Part shown: positions 27,478 to 34,974 of the stretch, one piece after another | Layout of the letters: each line of letters opens with the position of its first letter | How positions within the stretch are numbered: the stretch's first letter is position 1 | Virus record (IMG/VR): IMGVR_UViG_2778261250_000007 | Length of the DNA: 34,974 nt | Strand: one strand, 5' to 3' | DNA from: a virus | Lineage: Duplodnaviria > Heunggongvirae > Uroviricota > Caudoviricetes | Notes under the pieces: model-generated | What the model was told of the DNA's origin: nothing | What the model saw: the letters and a program-made list of their open reading frames with translations, nothing else | Database searches by the model: none | Made by a program: the position numbers and the translations under genes

Positions 27478-29892
27478 TTAATACAGGTTCCGCCACTGAT
27501 CATCTTCCTGCAAACGCTGGTTCCGATAGAAGATACGCAGGCCTGCTCCTGACGGAATACTGCCTCCGCGAAGGAGTAAATCGACCTCTTTCTCGCTGCC
27601 ATCAAATCCTCTGGACTTCAGCTCATACACGAGCTGCAGTCGCTGATGGTCTGTAATTCGCTGTTTGTAGTCTTTACGCCGTTTCGGTTTCACCAGGCGT
27701 AACCTTGCTGCCAGTTCCCGGCGCTCTTTTTTGCTCATACTGTGCAGGTAATCGTGCAACTCCTTGTCATCCATGCTGGTAATGTCCGTTCTGGGGTCCC
27801 CATCAGCTGATTTATCTTTCTCCTGTTGGTTCAAATTTTCAGCAAGGGGACAGTTATTGCCACGAGTCCAAGGGGCGCAAGCGCCCTGGTCGGCTGCCGC
27901 CTCCTGAACGTCAACGGCCTTACGAACCATTTTCCACTTCACCGCATGAGTGCAGATCTTGCCCTCTGCAATGGGTGACCAGATGCCATAAATACGAATA
28001 CCGTGATCGCCATATGCGGTCGGTTCTTCGTTGATTTCATAAGCAGTTCTGATGAGGTGATATTTGCGGGGAACCAGTACGCCGCCCTGCTTCATGATGT
28101 AGGTGGCAAAACAACCAGCATCAGCAGCAGCCAGGATTGCATCAAGGCGCGGGTTATCCAGTACCGGCGCACCTGCTTTTTTGTCCCCCTGTTGCCTTGC
28201 CGCCTGACCAGCCAGCAATCGCAGTTCACGGTAAGCCTGACGCCCCGGAATGCCAAAGAAGCGGAATTGCTGAACACGATGCAGAGACGCCCAGGCATTA
28301 ACGTATTCAGCGTTATCACGCAGGGATTTACCCGTTTCCTTGCTGATCTCGCCAGCCAGACCACGCCCGTCAATGTTCTTACTGATGTATTTCGCGATGT
28401 AGCTTGTTGGCGTACCTTTGCGCGGGTTTATCAGCTCAGACTTAAAGCGTGGTCCCGTGTTATTACCCAGCTCCTCGCGGTCTTCACGAATGGCAAACTT
28501 ACGCAACAAAGCAGTAATGGCGCGGCGATCTTTTTTGCGCATAAAACACAACAGGTGCCAGTGAACTGTACCGTCATGATGCGGCTCAGCCACCCGCACG
28601 CCATACCAGCGCAATCCGGCTTTGTGCATCGCCTTACGAAATGCAGCAAACATGCCGACCAGATAATCACTGCTTTGTCTTACCGTCGTATTTGTCCAGG
28701 TCGGGTTGGGCCTGCCGTTATTTAGCGTGGAATGGAAACGTGACGGACAGGTGATGGTGTAGAAAACGGCGCAGTCACCACGCATTTCCGCGATAAGCTC
28801 CAGACCTTTAACACAGGCCATCATCTCATTGCGGCGATGCGCAGGGTTGCTGCTGCTGGCGTTTACCACATCCTCCATGTCCAGCGTGTCGCCGTCTTCG
28901 TTCACCAGTTCATGAGAACGGAAAAACTCCAGCGACTTACGGCGCTGCTCACGTTTATGCATCACGGCTTCATAGCTGACATAGGGAGATGCTTTTTTGC
29001 TGACCAGGCAAACAGCACGCAACTGCTCTTCCCGCCATTCGCAACGCATCTTCCATAATTTCCGGTACCACCAGTCGGCGCACAACATACGCGCCAGCGA
29101 ACCCGGAATGAGTTCATAAGGCACGGGTTTACGGCGGTTTCTTTTCCGGCGGAGTTGCTCAAACGCAGGCGGTATGACATCCAGTCGCAGGGTTTCTGCT
29201 GCCACCTTTTCCCATGTCTTGCGGATTTCTTCAGGCTTAACGTCATCGGTGGCATACAAATCGCCACAAGCTGCATCAAGGCACATGCTCATATGCGCAG
29301 CAACAAGGGTGGACAGGCGTTTCACCTGATCCTGACTCATTTCAGGCAGAATCAGCAGGCCGTCCAGCCCTTCATGGCTTGCCATAAAGCGAAAAGAAGT
29401 GGATAGCTGACTGTCGCGTACATGCTCCAGCCGTTCCAGACATGGCTTAATCGTCTCACGCAAATAGCGGGAATAAGCCTTTGGCCTGCCAAGGCTGCTG
29501 AAGTATTCAATACGTTGCATCAGCGGCTTGCTGATATGGGAAGGCTGGGCATTGACGTCCGCCAGAATGACCATATCTGGATTAAAACGCTGCTGCTCAT
29601 GCGCCAGCTTTGCCCGACTAATGAGCTTATCCTGCTCCATTTCGCGCTGGACAGGATCACGGGATTCATTAAAGAAATAACGCTCCCAGACCTGATCACT
29701 CAGTGCCTCGCGGCGCAGCTGTTCCTGCTCGTTATCGACAGCGTACAGAGTGATCAGGTTTGAAAGTGCAGAAACCGGCGCAACTTCCGCCGGGTCCAGA
29801 TAAGGGTTAATGGCCTTTTTCGGGCTGTTCCATGAGAACGATGCGGCAGCCTCGTTAAAGCCGCAGCAGTTGTTCATATCGGCATGGCTCAT
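27478..29892 (-). CDS. A: Replication initiation protein A (rolling-circle endonuclease)
   Basis: 804 aa, ATG at 29892; size and position as P2/186 gpA. Confidence 0.85.
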   Translation of the reverse strand: MSHADMNNCCGFNEAAASFSWNSPKKAINPYLDPAEVAPVSALSNLITLYAVDNEQEQLRREALSDQVWERYFFNESRDPVQREMEQDKLISRAKLAHEQQRFNPDMVILADVNAQPSHISKPLMQRIEYFSSLGRPKAYSRYLRETIKPCLERLEHVRDSQLSTSFRFMASHEGLDGLLILPEMSQDQVKRLSTLVAAHMSMCLDAACGDLYATDDVKPEEIRKTWEKVAAETLRLDVIPPAFEQLRRKRNRRKPVPYELIPGSLARMLCADWWYRKLWKMRCEWREEQLRAVCLVSKKASPYVSYEAVMHKREQRRKSLEFFRSHELVNEDGDTLDMEDVVNASSSNPAHRRNEMMACVKGLELIAEMRGDCAVFYTITCPSRFHSTLNNGRPNPTWTNTTVRQSSDYLVGMFAAFRKAMHKAGLRWYGVRVAEPHHDGTVHWHLLCFMRKKDRRAITALLRKFAIREDREELGNNTGPRFKSELINPRKGTPTSYIAKYISKNIDGRGLAGEISKETGKSLRDNAEYVNAWASLHRVQQFRFFGIPGRQAYRELRLLAGQAARQQGDKKAGAPVLDNPRLDAILAAADAGCFATYIMKQGGVLVPRKYHLIRTAYEINEEPTAYGDHGIRIYGIWSPIAEGKICTHAVKWKMVRKAVDVQEAAADQGACAPWTRGNNCPLAENLNQQEKDKSADGDPRTDITSMDDKELHDYLHSMSKKERRELAARLRLVKPKRRKDYKQRITDHQRLQLVYELKSRGFDGSEKEVDLLLRGGSIPSGAGLRIFYRNQRLQEDDQWRNLY

Positions 29893-30746
29893 GCACGTAC
29901 TCCGTACACGGCAGAACTATCCACGCCACGCGAATAATCAAATCCCACCCAGCAGCGCGGCCCGGAAACAGCAATGATTTCTGTTGCTGATTTACCCTCG
30001 CCAGCTGCCACACCGATGCTGCGTTTTGCCTTGATGTAGTGGTGAGTAAAATTGCGATACAGCGAACGGATCAGGGATGTGTCACTGTTAGAAACAATGA
30101 CCGGATGTCCTTCTGATGACCGATGTTCAAGAACAGATGCCAGGTGATACTGGTCATCTTCAGTGAAACCATCAGTGTGATAGCCGGAAAACTTACCGTC
30201 ATACGGCGGATCGCAATACACCACATCCCCCGCCTTCAACATCGCCAGCGTTTCATCAAAGCTGGCGCAGATAAACGTTGCTCGCTGGGCCTTTTCTGCA
30301 AATGCGCGAATTTCTTTTTCAGGGAAATACGGATTTTTATAATTACCGTAGGGAATGTTGAAATGCCCGCTCTTGTTATAGCGACATAAACCACGGTAAC
30401 CGTGACGATTGAGATACAGGAAATATACCGCTTTCATGAAATCAGTAATTTCAGTGGAGTAATTAAACTCCTGCCTTATGTTGTAATAAGCCACCTCCCT
30501 GTTTGCGATCTCAAATAAAACTCTGGCGCGAGATATAAACGATTCACAATCAGCAGCAACCTTTTTATAGAGGTTGATTAAATCAGGATTAATATCCGCA
30601 ACCAGATAGCTGGGGTAATCCGTCTCCATCATCACAGCACAGGAACCCACGAAAGGTTCAACCAGTCGCGGGCCAGCAGGAAGGTGTTTTTTCAGTTCGG
30701 ACATAATGGCGGTTTTATTTCCCGCCCATTTCAGGATGGTGCTCAT
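29889..30746 (-). CDS. DNA N6-adenine methyltransferase (Dam-like, D12 class)
   Basis: 285 aa from ATG at 30746 ([11 protein letters not shown]...), with motif I PFVGSCAV and motif IV DPPY. RBS GGAGGTG. The track ORF extends 20 codons upstream. Confidence 0.8.
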   Translation of the reverse strand: MSTILKWAGNKTAIMSELKKHLPAGPRLVEPFVGSCAVMMETDYPSYLVADINPDLINLYKKVAADCESFISRARVLFEIANREVAYYNIRQEFNYSTEITDFMKAVYFLYLNRHGYRGLCRYNKSGHFNIPYGNYKNPYFPEKEIRAFAEKAQRATFICASFDETLAMLKAGDVVYCDPPYDGKFSGYHTDGFTEDDQYHLASVLEHRSSEGHPVIVSNSDTSLIRSLYRNFTHHYIKAKRSIGVAAGEGKSATEIIAVSGPRCWVGFDYSRGVDSSAVYGVRA

Positions 30747-30970
30747 ACAGCACCTCCGTTGTAATGTTTGCCTTTCAGCTCTGCGATTTCCTGACAGGTA
30801 ATGCAAAGCTGCACCCCCGGAATGGCACGGCGGCGTGCTGGCGGAATTGGCGCTTCACACTCAACGCAAAGCACGCGGGACACGCCCGGCGTTTTGGCAC
30901 GGGCAGCACGGATATGACGTTGGCGTTCTTCTTCAACTCGCTGCTGTACGAGATCCATTGCATCAGCCAT
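30743..30970 (-). CDS. TraR/DksA-family C4 zinc-finger protein
   Basis: 75 aa with CVECEAPIPPARRRAIPGVQLCITC (C-x2-C ... C-x2-C). Confidence 0.6.
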   Translation of the reverse strand: MADAMDLVQQRVEEERQRHIRAARAKTPGVSRVLCVECEAPIPPARRRAIPGVQLCITCQEIAELKGKHYNGGAV

Positions 30971-31203
30971 CAGTGGATCTCCTGCGCTTCGTTCTGGATT
31001 GCTTCAGCAGTCACACGCAGCAGTTCTGCCGCTTCGACGTGGTTTAGTTGGCGGGATGTGATATGACACGCCAGGTTATCAAGGCGAGCTGCCATTGCTT
31101 CAGCCCTTGCCCGGCGTTCTTCCAGACGAGCCTCTGTCAGTAAAATATTAAGCCCTGCATCATCCGGTCCGGTTTTAGTCGTGAGGGTTTCAATATTACG
31201 CAT
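30970..31203 (-). CDS. Small early-region protein (DUF2732-like, recalled)
   Basis: 77 aa from ATG at 31203 with AGGAG upstream. Confidence 0.45.
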   Translation of the reverse strand: MRNIETLTTKTGPDDAGLNILLTEARLEERRARAEAMAARLDNLACHITSRQLNHVEAAELLRVTAEAIQNEAQEIH

Positions 31204-31270
31204 AATCAATTCTCCTGAATTTAGATAAAGGGATGCCCGGCGGGTTTACGCCATTAATTTCATTAGTTGG

Positions 31271-31612
31271 TTAATTCGGCATGGTTAGCCGTCTGGGAAA
31301 TAAGCTCACCACTGCACGAAAATGATTCATTGCTTTAATCAGCTCCCGCTTTTCGTCAGTGGTCAGCTCATTAATGCTGATGCTATGACGTTCAGCTGGA
31401 ATTTTTGCCATAAAGAATATGGCAGCCAGTGCCCGTTTATTTTGTTCATTATTGATATCCCGTGGATCACGCATATCTTTAATAAACCGCTCAAGCTCTG
31501 ACTCAATATTCATGCCAAAAACTTTCGCCCTTAACTCCGCAATGTGATTAAGTCCATTCAGGCGTTCACCGGGGCTTAATGGAACAGTTGCTGCAGCGCC
31601 ATTAATTGCCAT
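31271..31612 (-). CDS. Hypothetical early-region protein
   Basis: 113-aa ORF with ATG at 31612; no recognised domain. Confidence 0.5.
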   Translation of the reverse strand: MAINGAAATVPLSPGERLNGLNHIAELRAKVFGMNIESELERFIKDMRDPRDINNEQNKRALAAIFFMAKIPAERHSISINELTTDEKRELIKAMNHFRAVVSLFPRRLTMPN

Positions 31613-31634
31613 ACTTCATATCCCCCAAACGCAG

Positions 31635-31859
31635 CTATCGTTCTTTGTTCTTACGGTAACGCTCAAGAGGAGATACATTTTTTCGTATCGTCTCTTTAAC
31701 CTGCTCTCCCCGTAAAAACGTCCCATCCTTTAACGTGAAAAAGTAACTGCCATCGCCCGACAATGACGGATAGCAACAGAGCAAATCATCTTCAGGTACT
31801 GAATAACTCTCCCCTCTGTAACGAAACTGATAAACCACTTCACTTTCTGCCGCATACAT
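31635..31859 (-). CDS. Hypothetical early-region protein (DUF2724-like, recalled)
   Basis: 74 aa, ATG at 31859 (MYAAESEVVYQFRYRGESY...). Confidence 0.5.
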   Translation of the reverse strand: MYAAESEVVYQFRYRGESYSVPEDDLLCCYPSLSGDGSYFFTLKDGTFLRGEQVKETIRKNVSPLERYRKNKER

Positions 31860-32026
31860 TTGGACTTTCTCCGTTTCCTCGTGGTCAATTCAGACAGCAA
31901 TTCATCTTGTGAATGACATGGATGCCAGCGTTTTCCATCCTCACCCGTGATCCAGCCGTGACCGTAGTGCATTGCCGGACTTTGTTTTACCAGCAGCGAC
32001 GCAAATGATGGTTCTTTCGTCAGCAT
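31730..32026 (-). CDS. Possible small early protein overlapping the previous gene in another frame
   Basis: 98 aa from ATG at 32026, directly downstream of cII. It overlaps the 31635-31859 ORF by about 130 nt, so at most one of the two may be fully correct. Confidence 0.25.
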   Translation of the reverse strand: MLTKEPSFASLLVKQSPAMHYGHGWITGEDGKRWHPCHSQDELLSELTTRKRRKSKCMRQKVKWFISFVTEGRVIQYLKMICSVAIRHCRAMAVTFSR

Positions 32027-32033
32027 AAGCACC

Positions 32034-32543
32034 TCACAGCAAACCGAATGAAGCACCGAGGCCAGTCACGGTATCAACTGCACTCGCCATCGCAGGATTA
32101 GCCTGTAAACGGGCCTGCAATGAAACAGCCGCCAGCGCCATCAGTCGTGTTACAGAGTTAATGCTGCTGATAGCATCACGACGACCTGCACTGGTTTTTA
32201 CATCGCCAGATACCGCACCTGCAGCAACACGCCCGATCTCTGCGGTTGCACTCATGACGTAATGTGGCAGTTTCTCTTTTGCTACCTCATTAATCGGTAC
32301 ACATGGCAGACAATGAATCTGTGCCAGAAAACCATCTACCAACGTTGAATCTTCAGTCAGATCGGTAAGCAGCCAGATTTCTGGTGCGGTTAATAAATGA
32401 GGTTGAGCTGGGTTCAGCTTGTTCCGCAGAATCTGCACATTCATGCCCGCACGTTCTGCCAGTTGCACCAGATTGTGGCGCAGTGCGAATGCACGACAGG
32501 CTTCATCAAAATGTGGATGTTTGGAAACTTGGTAATCAAACAT
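32034..32543 (-). CDS. cII: Phage regulatory protein CII (186-type)
   Basis: 169 aa from ATG at 32543 ([45 protein letters not shown]...) with GGAG upstream. Confidence 0.7.
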   Translation of the reverse strand: MFDYQVSKHPHFDEACRAFALRHNLVQLAERAGMNVQILRNKLNPAQPHLLTAPEIWLLTDLTEDSTLVDGFLAQIHCLPCVPINEVAKEKLPHYVMSATAEIGRVAAGAVSGDVKTSAGRRDAISSINSVTRLMALAAVSLQARLQANPAMASAVDTVTGLGASFGLL

Positions 32544-32607
32544 GGTTTTCAACTCCGAACTTATCGCAAAATCGAACTCAGCGTCTTATTGCGAAAATAG
32601 ACGTCTA

Positions 32608-32811
32608 TTAAGCAGACAAAGCATCAACAGTCAGAGCAGCCAGGTTAATCATTACCTTTTCACGTTTTTTGTCTTTACGAAGACGATGACGAGGTAGTCG
32701 GCCATCAGCCAACATGTCGTTAATCGTATCAATAGAAAGGCCAGTCAGTTCGCTATAACGTTCGATTGTGACATGTGGTGTATTCAGAGTAATTGAAATG
32801 TTAGGTGTCAT
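32608..32811 (-). CDS. Apl/Cox-like small HTH DNA-binding protein (excision/lytic regulator)
   Basis: 67 aa, ATG at 32811, first gene of the lytic operon divergent from cI. HTH-like segment [22 protein letters not shown]. Confidence 0.6.
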   Translation of the reverse strand: MTPNISITLNTPHVTIERYSELTGLSIDTINDMLADGRLPRHRLRKDKKREKVMINLAALTVDALSA

Positions 32812-32900
32812 AAGGCAACATTCCTTCTAGATATGGCTTGTGGCGAGCCGTTGTTTGTCGTGATTAGTAGTGAAGGCTCCAAAAGAACACTTCTGGTTCA

Positions 32901-32929
32901 ACTTTAAGATCGCTTTTGGAATCTGTCAA
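32901..32929 (-). promoter_or_regulatory. Candidate early lytic promoter (pR/Pe-like), -35 TTGACA / -10 TAAAGT, within a repeat-containing operator region
   Basis: Minus-strand TTGACA (32929..32924), 17-nt spacer, TAAAGT (32906..32901). Plus-strand TTTTGGA copies at 32914 and 32934 flank the -35, with a third TTTGGA at 32945. Confidence 0.4.
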
Positions 32930-32956
32930 CGAATTTTGGATTTCTTTGGAGGACTT

Positions 32957-33526
32957 GTGGATTTCAATAGCGGCGGTAAGAAAGCCATAGAACGTTTAGT
33001 TGAAGCATATGGGTTCGGTACTCGTCAGGCTCTCTGTGATCATTTAGGTGTTTCTAAGAGCACTATGGCAACGCGCTATATGCGTGATATTTTTCCAGCA
33101 GATTGGGTAATCCAGTGCGCCCTTGAAACGGGCACCTCGCTTAATTGGCTAACAACAGGGCATGGTTCAAAGCAAGCATCAGCAAATACAAATACTATAG
33201 AAGTAGAAAAATATTTATTGTCTGATGGAGCATTGCAGAAAGACGGTTTTTATATTTTTGATAAGGGATTTCTACCCTCTACGTTTAAAAAACCTTTTGT
33301 CATCACAGATAACAATTCTGAATTTATTTGTGATAAAGAATTTGATGATATACGTGATGGTAAATGGGTAATAAGTATTGATGGCGAAATAACGATCCGT
33401 GACATTACTCGTTTACCCGGTGGAAGAATCTTCGTCGAGGGTGGAAACAGAGCCTTCGAATGCAAGATAGAAGACATTGAAATAATTGGTAAAATTATAA
33501 GTTTAACAGTCAAGTATGTTAAATAG
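32957..33526 (+). CDS. cI: CI-type immunity repressor (186 CI-like)
   Basis: 189 aa from GTG at 32957 (strong RBS GGAGGA): (M)DFNSGGKKAIERLVEAYGFGTRQALCDHLGVSKSTMATRYMRD... The track ORF starts 29 codons upstream at a GTG without an RBS. Confidence 0.7.
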   Translation: MDFNSGGKKAIERLVEAYGFGTRQALCDHLGVSKSTMATRYMRDIFPADWVIQCALETGTSLNWLTTGHGSKQASANTNTIEVEKYLLSDGALQKDGFYIFDKGFLPSTFKKPFVITDNNSEFICDKEFDDIRDGKWVISIDGEITIRDITRLPGGRIFVEGGNRAFECKIEDIEIIGKIISLTVKYVK

Positions 33527-33541
33527 TACCGGGAGGAAACT

Positions 33542-33733
33542 ATGCTTGGTAAGGTATTTTTTGTGGTTTTGTCATGTTCTTTGTTATTAAACCCACTAAC
33601 TACCTATGCTAGAAATTATCCCTGCTCAGGGAAAAAGGGAGGTGTTTCTCACTGTACCTCAGATGGCAAATTCGTTTGCAATGATGGAACTATTAGTAAA
33701 TCCAAAAAAATCTGTACTAAAAACTCACGATAA
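33542..33733 (+). CDS. Small secreted Cys-rich protein (moron candidate) between cI and int
   Basis: 63 aa, ATG with strong RBS GGGAGGAAAC. Signal peptide [23 protein letters not shown], then a 40-aa mature region with four Cys and many Lys. AT-rich. Confidence 0.5.
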   Translation: MLGKVFFVVLSCSLLLNPLTTYARNYPCSGKKGGVSHCTSDGKFVCNDGTISKSKKICTKNSR

Positions 33734-33921
33734 TTTTTGTTTTTATATCTGCGTCTAAAATAAAAATGAGCCGCAGGTTAACCGCAAAAGTTACATGCTC
33801 ACATAGCAAAAAGAATAGCCAACTTCATTATGGCTTCAGTGAGATGTATGGTCGTAGGATTTCATACATTGACACTGGTTATACATACAGTAAAAATGCT
33901 CTCTACTGGAGGGCATTTTTT

Positions 33922-34974
33922 ATGGCAGTACGAAAACTCACCACAGGGAAATGGCTTTGCGAATGTTACCCCGCCGGACGAAGTGGGCGTCGTGTGCGTA
34001 AACAATTCGCCACCAAAGGCGAAGCTCTGGCTTTTGAGCGTCACACGATGGAAGAAACCGAATCAAAGCCCTGGCTGGGCGAATCAGTGGATCGTCGAAC
34101 CCTGAAAGACGTGGTTGAGCTATGGTTCAAACTACATGGTAAATCTCTGACTGCTGGACAGCATGTCTATGACAAATTGCTGCTGATGGTTGACGCTCTA
34201 GGCAATCCTCTTGCAACCGATCTCACCTCTAAAATGTTTGCCCACTATCGAGATAAACGCCTGACAGGCGAGATCTACTTCAGCGAGAAATGGAAGAAAG
34301 GAGCAAGCCCGGTCACCATTAACCTGGAGCAAAGCTATCTAAGTAGTGTTTTTAGCGAACTATCCCGTCTGGGCGAATGGTCGTATCCGAACCCACTGGA
34401 GAACATGCGAAAATTCACCATCGCAGAAAAAGAGATGGCATGGCTTACCCATGAGCAGATTGTTGAATTGCTGGCTGATTGCAAACGTCAGGACCCAATT
34501 CTGGCACTGGTAGTTAAGATATGCTTAAGCACAGGCGCACGCTGGCGTGAAGCCGTAAATCTTACCCGCTCGCAGGTGACCAAATACCGAATTACCTTTG
34601 TCAGAACGAAGGGGAAGAAAAACAGAAGCATCCCTATCAGTAAAGAGCTTTACGAAGAGATCATGGCGCTTGATGGGTTCAATTTCTTCACAGACTGCTA
34701 TTTTCAATTTTTATCCGTGATGGAAAAAACGTCTATCGTGCTCCCTCGCGGTCAACTCACACACGTTCTGCGCCATACGTTTGCGGCGCACTTCATGATG
34801 TCGGGTGGAAACATTCTGGCCTTACAAAAAATTCTCGGACACCACGATATAAAAATGACTATGCGTTACGCACATCTGGCACCGGATCATCTGGAAACGG
34901 CGCTCCGTTTCAATCCTCTGGCAACGCTGCCAAGTGGCGACAAAGTGGCGGCAGCGGTTGGCATTACCCCGTAA
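33922..34974 (+). CDS. int: Tyrosine integrase (P2/186 family)
   Basis: 350 aa from ATG at 33922 (RBS GGAGGG; MAVRKLTTGKWLCECYPAG...). C-terminal catalytic region HVLRHTFAAHFMMSGGNILALQKILGHHDIKMTMRYAHL carries the R...H-x-x-R...Y signature. Stop at 34972-34974, the window end. Confidence 0.85.
   Translation: MAVRKLTTGKWLCECYPAGRSGRRVRKQFATKGEALAFERHTMEETESKPWLGESVDRRTLKDVVELWFKLHGKSLTAGQHVYDKLLLMVDALGNPLATDLTSKMFAHYRDKRLTGEIYFSEKWKKGASPVTINLEQSYLSSVFSELSRLGEWSYPNPLENMRKFTIAEKEMAWLTHEQIVELLADCKRQDPILALVVKICLSTGARWREAVNLTRSQVTKYRITFVRTKGKKNRSIPISKELYEEIMALDGFNFFTDCYFQFLSVMEKTSIVLPRGQLTHVLRHTFAAHFMMSGGNILALQKILGHHDIKMTMRYAHLAPDHLETALRFNPLATLPSGDKVAAAVGITP

Larger units (their letters stand above)
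2856..34974. mobile_element. P2/186-like temperate myovirus prophage, near-complete; right boundary beyond window
   Basis: Complete co-linear set of P2-family morphogenesis, lysis, packaging, replication and immunity genes plus integrase. The left junction lies between 2621 and 2855; attL/attR cores were not determined. Confidence 0.9.

Noticed and set aside
28003-28725. 240-aa plus-strand ORF inside replication gene A (and 20795-21457 inside N, 21429-21884 inside O)
   Set aside because: Antisense shadows of well-supported genes; no independent signals.
32870-32956. Upstream extension of cI to a GTG at 32870
   Set aside because: No RBS, and the extension would run through the promoter/operator region. 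The GTG at 32957 has a strong GGAGGA RBS and gives the expected (M)DFNSGG N-terminus.
33766-33921. Upstream extension of integrase to an ATG at 33766
   Set aside because: No RBS. The ATG at 33922 has GGAGGG upstream and gives the typical integrase length (~350 aa) and the MAVRKL start.

Overview
This window looks like an Escherichia-type chromosome: three host genes (grxA +, ybjM -, ybjL +) followed by a near-complete P2/186-like myovirus prophage running from ogr (~2856) to a tyrosine integrase that ends at the window edge (34974). The prophage map is co-linear with P2/186 in reverse orientation: ogr-D-U-T-E/E'-FII-FI-G(tfa)-H-I-J-W-V-[cargo]-S-R-lysC/lysB-K-holin-X-L-M-N-O on the minus strand, then P-Q (+), [cargo], a cos-like site, a LexA-controlled DinI-like module, A, a Dam-like methyltransferase, small early genes, cII and apl-like genes, and divergent cI-int. 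Three AT-rich cargo insertions interrupt the GC-rich phage backbone. The most interesting is a translationally coupled two-gene operon between portal Q and cos: a 2-TM membrane protein plus a ThsB-like TIR protein, a candidate Thoeris-like defence system with an unassigned effector. The second is a single AIPR-like gene between S and V with its own terminator. The third is a small secreted Cys-rich protein between cI and int. All calls rest on reading the translations and local sequence by eye and on recalled family knowledge; no database search or computation was run.
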